From positions 1-14,140 of the forward strand of contig CAZQQS010000014.1 of NCBI GenBank assembly GCA_964595665.1: 14,140 nucleotides of DNA, written 5' to 3'. The notes under the pieces are model-generated. The model saw nothing but the letters and a program-made list of their open reading frames with translations. It did not search any database and was not told where the DNA came from. Position numbers and translations under genes: made by a program. Shown in pieces: positions 7,398-13,814 of this stretch (its first letter is position 1; each line of letters begins with the position of its first letter). The stretch is from an uncultured archaeon. Lineage in GTDB: Archaea; Iainarchaeota; Iainarchaeia; Iainarchaeales; 0-14-0-20-30-16.

Positions 7398-8018
7398 ATG
7401 AATAAAGGTTGGTTAATATTAATATTTGGAATAATTTTAAGCTCGTATGTTTCAGCTTTAGCTTGTGTTGGTTTGGGTGGTGGGGGCTATACTGTTTTAA
7501 CATCAAAAGAACAACCAACATATATTACTTATACTATCTTTAATAAAGATTCTAAAGGTGTTTGTGATAGTGGGCGATATTCTTTAGAATTAACTTTAGA
7601 TTCTGAGGATATCTATAAAGTGTTTGATTTTGTAATTTCGGATGATGGTTTTATATTAAACGATGGGGAATCTAAAAAAGTATTAATCACATTAATCCCT
7701 TTAGTAGAAGATGGCAATTATACTTTAAAGGTTTCAGCTTTAAGAGCTGGTTTAATTGAAACACAGAATGCTACTGCGGTTATGCCCAAAACTATTAGTT
7801 CGATTAAAATAAATGTTAATGAGGAATATAATTCTAAATTTACTGATTTACCAAAGTGGTATATTTTAAAACAAAAAGAACGAAAACAATTTATATTTAA
7901 GATAGTTATTTTATCAATTATAATAATAGTAATTATTTTTGTAATTTTGTATTTAGTTTTATTTAGATTTAAAAAAATAAAATCAATTAGAAAATCAACT
8001 TCTTACAAATATAAGTGA
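7398..8018 (+). CDS. Membrane-anchored surface protein P2 (signal peptide, single beta-sandwich-like ectodomain, C-terminal TM helix plus basic tail)
   Basis: N-terminus MNKGWLILIFGIILSSYVSALA. The ectodomain has a CARDB/Ig-like pattern: ...FILNDGESKKVLITLIPLVEDGNYTLKVSA. The C-terminus is FIFKIVILSIIIIVIIFVILYLVLF followed by RFKKIKSIRKSTSYKYK. It starts 9 nt after the P1 stop. Confidence 0.75.
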   Translation: MNKGWLILIFGIILSSYVSALACVGLGGGGYTVLTSKEQPTYITYTIFNKDSKGVCDSGRYSLELTLDSEDIYKVFDFVISDDGFILNDGESKKVLITLIPLVEDGNYTLKVSALRAGLIETQNATAVMPKTISSIKINVNEEYNSKFTDLPKWYILKQKERKQFIFKIVILSIIIIVIIFVILYLVLFRFKKIKSIRKSTSYKYK

Positions 8019-8023
8019 TTTCT

Positions 8024-9385
8024 TTGAAGATTAATTTTATTTTAATAATTTTTTTAGTATTATTTTTAACTCCAAATATTTTTAGTAAAGAGTTTTCAGT
8101 TGGTGCAATTATTTTAAATGGAGCCCCACTAAAACCAGAGCTTATTGAAATAAATGATCTTTATGGTATTAATAATATTGCTTTTAGTTGGAGTAGTTTT
8201 GATTATGAACATGATTCTATAAAATATTTTTTACAAGTTGGTTCTTTTTTAGGTAGTAAAGATATTTTAGATATTAATTTAGATGAAAATTATTATAATA
8301 TAACTCTAGATCTAGGAAAACAGTATTTTTATAGGGTTAAAGCTTGCGATAATTATTATGGAGATTATAATAATTGTAGTGATTGGGGTTACGATTCATT
8401 TTATTTATTAACATTTATAATAATTCCTCCTTCAGGAGGTGGAGGGGGTGGGTCTTCAAGTTCTCAAGTAATAATTTATGGTTGTAAAGAATTAGAGGGA
8501 ATAATTTGTAATTCAAATGAATTATGTTATGATAATTTAATTGCTACTTATGATACACAAAGTTGTTGTTTTTCAAAATGTATTTTAAAAGATGATTTGG
8601 GTAAGGTTGTGGATTCAAATATAGCCCAAATTGATTTGGAATTAAGTTCGCCAATTAACGAAATTATTGCAGTATATCCTTTAGATGGGGTAATAAATCT
8701 TTTTCAAAAAAGGTTTTTAACAGATTCAGAAATAACTATAAAAAAAACAATGAGAATTTATAATATAATTAATGTTTATGGTATGCCAGAATATAGGGTA
8801 TTTATATTTATTACTATTAAAAATATTTCTAAGGATAAATTAACTAATTTAGAGATTTTAACTCTTGTTCCAAATAGTTTTGTAAATGATCTTTATGAAG
8901 TAAATAGTAACAATATATTTATTAGGGTTGTTGATAAAAATATGCTAAAATTTGATAAAGATTTTTTAGATTCTGGAGAAAGTTATAATATAGATTATTA
9001 TTTTGATACTAGTAAAGAATTTATAGTTTTAGAAAATTTATTTAAGGGTTTATCAGCACCTTTGGTTTTGACTAAAATGGATGATTCTGATAATTGTGCA
9101 GGTATTTTTTGTAATGATTTTAATCCTTGTACGACAGATTTTTGTCATGATGGTTTTTGTAAATTTATAAATAATAATCTAAATTGTGAGAATGGAAGGT
9201 GTATTGGGGGTAAGTGTGTATTAGTAATTCCTGAAAAAAAATCTTTAATTAATTGGAAAATATATCTTGTAATTGGAGTAATTTTATTTATAATTATAAT
9301 TTTTGTTTTATTAATATATTTTTTACGTAAACCAAAAAACAAAGAACATTGGTTTTTACAATCAAATATAAGGGATTTTATATGA
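8024..9385 (+). CDS. Membrane-anchored mosaic surface protein P3 (signal peptide, FN3-like domain, Gly/Ser linker, Cys-rich modules, beta-sandwich, C-terminal TM)
   Basis: FN3-like pattern: IAFSWSS...YFLQVGS...YFYRVKACD. Linker PPSGGGGGGSSSS (about 8428-8466). Cys cluster: C-x7-C-x5-C-x13-CC-x3-C. Second Cys-rich block CNDFNPCTTDFCHDGFC...C..G.C..GKC (9080-9220) resembles the C-x-D-x-N-x-C-T-x-D-x-C repeat signature. TM segment WKIYLVIGVILFIIIIFVLLIYFL is followed by RKPKNK. No ATG is available: the options are GTG 8015 (track) or TTG 8024, which is preferred because GTGAT 8015-8019 sits 4 nt upstream. Confidence 0.75.
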   Translation: MKINFILIIFLVLFLTPNIFSKEFSVGAIILNGAPLKPELIEINDLYGINNIAFSWSSFDYEHDSIKYFLQVGSFLGSKDILDINLDENYYNITLDLGKQYFYRVKACDNYYGDYNNCSDWGYDSFYLLTFIIIPPSGGGGGGSSSSQVIIYGCKELEGIICNSNELCYDNLIATYDTQSCCFSKCILKDDLGKVVDSNIAQIDLELSSPINEIIAVYPLDGVINLFQKRFLTDSEITIKKTMRIYNIINVYGMPEYRVFIFITIKNISKDKLTNLEILTLVPNSFVNDLYEVNSNNIFIRVVDKNMLKFDKDFLDSGESYNIDYYFDTSKEFIVLENLFKGLSAPLVLTKMDDSDNCAGIFCNDFNPCTTDFCHDGFCKFINNNLNCENGRCIGGKCVLVIPEKKSLINWKIYLVIGVILFIIIIFVLLIYFLRKPKNKEHWFLQSNIRDFI

Positions 9386-12021
9386 GTATTTGGAATGTAT
9401 TTTATAAGGTTTTATTTATTATAATTTTTTTGTTTGGTAATGTTTTTGTTTTTTGTGATAGTTTTTATGATTCATTACAAACAGATTTTGATTTAGGTAG
9501 TTTTAATAATACTATTTCACACGAAGATGGTCATATAATATTAGATACTTCTGGTTCAAATTATTATTCTGATGGTGAATTTGAATCGCAAATCTTTGAT
9601 GCCGGAATAAATTCTAATTTAACTTCATTAAAATTTTCTACACCTAATTATTATAAACAAGATTTGCCTGGAAATGGAGGTGCAGAAAAAGATATTAATA
9701 TGTATGGAAATGTTTTTTTAATGAATGTTAATAATGATTCTATTATAGCGGATGTTGCCGAAAGTTATGGTTTGGGCTTAGTAGGAACATTTAGTTCAGT
9801 TAGTGGAAAATTTGGTAATGCATTAAGTTTTAATGGTTCTAATAATATTGCTTTTACAGATATTTTAGTCCCGTCAAATGAATATACTTTTTCATTGTGG
9901 ATAAAAACAAATACTAAGAGCAGACCTGTATTTACTTTTTCTAATGAAACGCCTTCTAATTCTACTTATGATAGAAGATTAAGTATTGATGCTTCTGGGC
10001 ATTTAGTATATTATGTTTATCCAAACACAGGGGTTACTTTAACAGGCACTAATACAACTGTTGCAAATAATAGTTGGCATCATATTGCTATTGTAAGTAA
10101 ATATAATGGTTCAAAATATGATATTAATGTTTATTTTGATGGTAGTTTGGATTCTAGTGCTACTAATTTAAATTTTGGAGGTTATAATGGTTATACTTTA
10201 CCAAGATTAAATTTGGGAAATAGTGGAACGTTTTTTTTAGGTGCTTTAGATGATTTTGCATATTATGATCGAGCTTTAAGTTTTGATGAAATTCAAGATA
10301 TTTACAATTCTGGAGATGGTTTGGAATTTTGGGAAGATGATTTAATTGCTGGTTGGCGGTTTGAAGAAACAAACCCTGCTTTAAGTTTAGAAGATACTTC
10401 ACCAACACCCAAAACTTTTGTATATCCTACAGTTACAAATAATTATTTGGGTATAGGGTATAGCCCTTACAATTATTATAGTTTATTTTCTCAAAATATT
10501 TATGCGAATACAAATTATTATTTGAAAACATCACAATTCTATCCTCCAACTGCCGCTATGAGTATTAGTTTTTGGATGAAAACTAAATTAGATCGAAAAA
10601 GTATTTTAGGATGGGTTGGGGGTATGGCAAACAATAGTGTGTTTATTGAAAATGGAAATTTAAAATGGTATTTTTCATCAGCACCAACGTATTTTGCAAG
10701 TACTTCTGCATTAAATGATGGTGAATGGCATCATATAGTTTTAACGCGTAATGCAAATAATTCTAGAAAAATATATGTTGATGGAGTATTAAATAATACA
10801 TCTACAAGTACATATACTATAGATAATAGTTTTACAACTGCCGTAGCATTGTATTTTTTTCATAGTGCTGTATATAGTGCTGGTTCAGGAACATTGGATC
10901 AAGTATCTGTATGGTCTCGAGAGTTAGTTTTAGATGAAATATCGAATATTTACAAAAGAGGTGTTGGCGAATTAAGATTACAATTAAAAGGTTGTGCGAT
11001 TTCAGATTGTTCAGATTCTGTTTTTGTAGGTCCTGATGGCGAAGATTCTTATTTTGAATTAACTAATTCAGAGTATGATTTGTCAAATTTATTTTCTGGA
11101 TTCAGATATTTTCAGTATGCGAGTTTTTTTGAAGTTTTAGATTTAATTGCTTCAAAAAACATATCTCCAAAATTAGAAGATGTTAATTTAAGTTATGAAT
11201 CTGCAGTTGTAGAAAATTCCGAACCCGAGATTTTAAGTTTGCAAATTTGTAAAGATGGTTGTGAAAATTCAAAATATATTTTGCCGGGTTTAGAATCGTT
11301 TATTGTAAAATTAGAAATCAATGATTCTGATGGTTTTGAAGATTTAAATTTAGATTCAAGTATTTTGAAAATATATTCTAATATTTTAACATCTGATTCA
11401 GAAGATGATTGGGATCACATAACTTTAACGAATTTAATAAATGAAGATGGGGAAGGATGTATTACGGAGTATAATTATATTTGTTATTTGGTATCGGATA
11501 GTAATATACCCTTAAAATTTAGTTCTGGTGCAACTAATGTTTTTTTTGGAATTTCTGATTCAGTTTCAAATTATGATAATTATGAATTAGAATATTTGTT
11601 AGATGAAAATGATGTTTTGATCTCTGGAATTGATATGGGAGAAGTTCTAAGTTTAAGTATTGATACTAGTTCTGGTAATTTTTCAGGGAATCCTGGAGAA
11701 GAGAATATTCCTATAAGTACCAACACTTCAGAAAACTATATTGCTATAACTCATGAAGGTAATTGTGATGTAAATTTATATTTGGTAACGAGTGAGTTAA
11801 TTTATTCGGATTATGAATTTCCTATTTCTGCTTTTGAATGGAATTTAGAAGACATTGTTTTAGAAAATCATTTAGATAGTAATGAAACATTAATTATCGA
11901 GGATTGGTCGCGAGGTGTTTATCCAGATTCAAATATAAATCATATTTTTCTTTGGTTAGATATGCCACCAGTTGTTTCTGGAGAATATTCGGGAACATTT
12001 TCTTTTGAAGTAAGAAATTAG
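9382..12021 (+). CDS. Large secreted adhesin-like protein P4: signal peptide, N-terminal beta module, two LamG (concanavalin A-like lectin/glucanase) domains, Cys-containing spacer, C-terminal P1-like domain
   Basis: LamG-1 (~9720-10320): GKFGNALSFNGSNN...YTFSLWIKT...WHHIAIV...VYFDGSL...GALDDFAYYDRALSFDEIQDIY. LamG-2 (~10340-10968): MSISFWMKT...EWHHIVLT...IYVDGVL...LDQVSVWSRELVLDEISNIY. Both match the Laminin_G_3 pattern. The C-terminal part (11218-12018) is paralogous to P1. I place the start at ATG 9382, which gives an ATGA overlap with the P3 stop and the signal peptide MSIWNVFYKVLFIIIFLFGNVFVFC. The track uses TTG 9349. Confidence 0.85.
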   Translation: MSIWNVFYKVLFIIIFLFGNVFVFCDSFYDSLQTDFDLGSFNNTISHEDGHIILDTSGSNYYSDGEFESQIFDAGINSNLTSLKFSTPNYYKQDLPGNGGAEKDINMYGNVFLMNVNNDSIIADVAESYGLGLVGTFSSVSGKFGNALSFNGSNNIAFTDILVPSNEYTFSLWIKTNTKSRPVFTFSNETPSNSTYDRRLSIDASGHLVYYVYPNTGVTLTGTNTTVANNSWHHIAIVSKYNGSKYDINVYFDGSLDSSATNLNFGGYNGYTLPRLNLGNSGTFFLGALDDFAYYDRALSFDEIQDIYNSGDGLEFWEDDLIAGWRFEETNPALSLEDTSPTPKTFVYPTVTNNYLGIGYSPYNYYSLFSQNIYANTNYYLKTSQFYPPTAAMSISFWMKTKLDRKSILGWVGGMANNSVFIENGNLKWYFSSAPTYFASTSALNDGEWHHIVLTRNANNSRKIYVDGVLNNTSTSTYTIDNSFTTAVALYFFHSAVYSAGSGTLDQVSVWSRELVLDEISNIYKRGVGELRLQLKGCAISDCSDSVFVGPDGEDSYFELTNSEYDLSNLFSGFRYFQYASFFEVLDLIASKNISPKLEDVNLSYESAVVENSEPEILSLQICKDGCENSKYILPGLESFIVKLEINDSDGFEDLNLDSSILKIYSNILTSDSEDDWDHITLTNLINEDGEGCITEYNYICYLVSDSNIPLKFSSGATNVFFGISDSVSNYDNYELEYLLDENDVLISGIDMGEVLSLSIDTSSGNFSGNPGEENIPISTNTSENYIAITHEGNCDVNLYLVTSELIYSDYEFPISAFEWNLEDIVLENHLDSNETLIIEDWSRGVYPDSNINHIFLWLDMPPVVSGEYSGTFSFEVRN

Positions 12022-12027
12022 TTTAGG

Positions 12028-12035
12028 TTTTAAAT
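12028..12035 (+). promoter_or_regulatory. TATA-like box (TTTTAAAT) positioned for a leaderless herA transcript
   Basis: The box centre lies ~25-26 nt upstream of ATG 12057, the usual archaeal TATA-to-TSS distance. There is no SD-like element in the 35-nt spacer. A T5 run (12037-12041) could also terminate the upstream operon. Confidence 0.3.
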
Positions 12036-12056
12036 CTTTTTGTTGTATTTAATATT

Positions 12057-13562
12057 ATGTCTGATTATATTGGTACAGTTTTAACTTATAATAATACTCC
12101 GAGCATAGATAAAGTATATTTTCAATTAAATGATAAAATTAATTTGAAAATAGGTCAATTTGTGTCCATAGAGCACGATAACAAAGTATTTGGTATGGTA
12201 ACAGGAATATTTAGGGATAATCCTTTTTTTGAACAATTGCATACAGATTTTCATAGTATAAAAGATGCTTTTGATACTACTACTTGGCATAAAACATTAG
12301 TTGAGGTTAATTTATTGGGTTCATTTGTTGATGGCAAACCAAATAAAATTATTAATCCTCCTTATTCGGGTTCGAGAGTTAATTTTGCATTATCTAATGA
12401 AATTATTTCTTTTTTGGGATTTAGTGCTGATGGGTTATATTTGGGAAATATTGAAACAGATAATGAAAATGTAGATGTTAAAATTAATTTATCCAAATTA
12501 TTGCAAAAGCATTTTGCTATTTTGGCAATGAGTGGTGCTGGAAAGTCATATGCAATTTCTGTTTTGTTAGAAGAATTATTATCTATGCCAAAAGAAAAGT
12601 CTTTAGGGTTAGTTTTATTTGATGTTCATGGAGAATACAGAAATTTTGCGGAACCATCATCTAAAGAGTTTACAGATTATAGTTCTAAAGTTAGATATTA
12701 TGATGCTTCTCAAATGAAGTTTGCCTTACATTCATTAAATGATAGTTTTTTATTTAATATTTTAGGAGATATTTCTGAAGTTCAAAAAAGAGAGTTATTA
12801 AAAATCTTAAATGAGTTCAAAAAAGATGATGAAAAGAAAGTTTTTGATTTACAAGATATTATGAATTATTTAGAAAGTTTAGATTTAAAGAAAAATGTTA
12901 AAGAGCCATTATTAAATTGGTTAGCACAAGCTGAAAGTCAAAATATTTTTAGTAAAACAAATACTTTTGATATATTTAAGATTGCAGAACAAGGTAAATT
13001 AACAATTATTGATTTGTCAAATGTTTTGAATATGCTTCATAAGCAAATGATTGTAGCATATTTATCTAATAAATTATTTGAATTACGAAGATTGGAAAAA
13101 ATAGTTCCATTTACAATATTTTTAGAAGAGGCACATCAATTTATTCCTCAATCTGGTGCAAGTGAATTTATGAAATCTCGAGCAGTTTTTGAAACTATTG
13201 CAAGAGAAGGTAGAAAGTTTGGGGCATCTTTATGTTTGATTTCTCAAAGACCAATAAATTTATCTACAACTGTTTTAAGTCAATGTAATACACATATGCT
13301 TTTGAGAGTTATTAATCCAAATGATTTAAAACACATTTCCGAGTCATCCGAAGGTTTAGATTCTTCAAGTATAAAGTTAATTACTGGTTTAAATGTTGGT
13401 GAAGCTTTGTTAGTTGGTTCGGCAGTAAAGTATCCTGTATTTTTTAAAGTTAGAGAAAGAAAGTCTCAACCAAATAAATACGAATTAGATTTAGAACAAA
13501 TGTCTAAAAAATTCTTAAATAAAAAAGAAGAAAAAGAAAAAGATTTGGATTTATTTATGTAA
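12057..13562 (+). CDS. herA: HerA-type hexameric DNA translocase/helicase ATPase (COG0433, DUF87 core) with N-terminal HAS-barrel
   Basis: HAS-barrel-like N-terminus: IGTVLTY...KIGQFVSIEHDNKVFGMVTGI. Walker A: ILAMSGAGKS (about 12525-12548). Walker B: FTIFLEEAHQF (about 13110-13137). IAREGRKFGASLCLISQRPINLSTTVLSQCNTHMLLRVINPND...LNVGEALLVG is co-linear over the full length with crenarchaeal HerA as I recall it. Confidence 0.85.
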   Translation: MSDYIGTVLTYNNTPSIDKVYFQLNDKINLKIGQFVSIEHDNKVFGMVTGIFRDNPFFEQLHTDFHSIKDAFDTTTWHKTLVEVNLLGSFVDGKPNKIINPPYSGSRVNFALSNEIISFLGFSADGLYLGNIETDNENVDVKINLSKLLQKHFAILAMSGAGKSYAISVLLEELLSMPKEKSLGLVLFDVHGEYRNFAEPSSKEFTDYSSKVRYYDASQMKFALHSLNDSFLFNILGDISEVQKRELLKILNEFKKDDEKKVFDLQDIMNYLESLDLKKNVKEPLLNWLAQAESQNIFSKTNTFDIFKIAEQGKLTIIDLSNVLNMLHKQMIVAYLSNKLFELRRLEKIVPFTIFLEEAHQFIPQSGASEFMKSRAVFETIAREGRKFGASLCLISQRPINLSTTVLSQCNTHMLLRVINPNDLKHISESSEGLDSSSIKLITGLNVGEALLVGSAVKYPVFFKVRERKSQPNKYELDLEQMSKKFLNKKEEKEKDLDLFM

Positions 13563-13814
13563 TTATAATCTATTCTTTTTCTTAACTAATCTTATTTCAA
13601 TTAATTGGAATATAATTCCTATAAGCATTAATATCGCTGTTAAGTAAATCCAATAAATTAACCAATTAGTTGGTAAAAAATTGAATATTGTTAAAATCAA
13701 TAATATTATTAAGAATATAATTCCAAAAATAAATCCTTCAAGAATTCCTTTTGTTGTCCAATGTAATTTATTCCAAATCTTTTTTAAACTATTATTTGAA
13801 TTGTTTTTTTTCAT
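13563..13814 (-). CDS. Small membrane protein, two predicted TM helices, unknown function
   Basis: 83 aa. Basic N-terminus, then two hydrophobic segments (GFIFGIIFLIILLILTIFNFL and LIYWIYLTAILMLIGIIFQLI), then a basic tail. Its ATG overlaps the TGA of the upstream minus-strand ORF (ATGA). An AAGGCG SD-like element lies 5 nt upstream. Confidence 0.55.
   Translation of the reverse strand: MKKNNSNNSLKKIWNKLHWTTKGILEGFIFGIIFLIILLILTIFNFLPTNWLIYWIYLTAILMLIGIIFQLIEIRLVKKKNRL

Noticed and set aside
7398-7470. Class III (type IV pilin-like) signal peptide in P2 (MNKG/WLILIFG resembles the [KR]-G cleavage site followed by a hydrophobic stretch), with similar thoughts for P1, P3 and P4.
   Set aside because: There is no prepilin peptidase, PilB/PilT-type ATPase or PilC platform gene in the window. 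P1, P3 and P4 lack the [KR]-[GA] site. P2 also fits an ordinary Sec signal with an A-L-A cleavage site before Cys. It cannot be decided by eye.
8434-8456. G-run DNA (ggaggtggagggggtgggt, plus ggtttgggtggtgggggct at ~7473-7491) considered as a G-quadruplex, or as an internal SD driving an internal start.
   Set aside because: Both are in-frame Gly codon runs encoding flexible linkers (GGGGGG and GLGGGG). The nearest downstream ATG after 8456 is out of frame. Coding requirements are the simplest explanation.
7880-9385. Archaeosortase/PGF-CTERM-type sorting signals at the C-termini of P2, P3 and the partial ORF at 13811-14140 (TM helix plus basic tail).
   Set aside because: No shared PGF, PEF or VPXXXP-like motif precedes the TM helices (only a lone IPG in the partial ORF). 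No archaeosortase gene is visible. Plain C-terminal membrane anchors explain the pattern.
9145-10408. Track ORFs 9145..9342(-) and 10163..10408(-), and likewise 13681..13881(+).
   Set aside because: They are short and antisense to long, motif-supported genes (P3, P4 and the 83-aa membrane gene). Their composition is low-complexity Ile/Lys/Asn/Leu with no start context.
6349-13562. Treating P1-P4 plus HerA as a single secretion or conjugation machine or a HerA-based defence system (Sir2-HerA or DUF4297-HerA style).
   Set aside because: No effector-type partner (Sir2, nuclease, DUF4297) or polytopic channel or VirB6/CedA-like protein is present. HerA has its own TATA-like element and a T5 run upstream. 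It looks like the housekeeping orthologue. The idea is kept only as the low-probability alternative in the herA finding.
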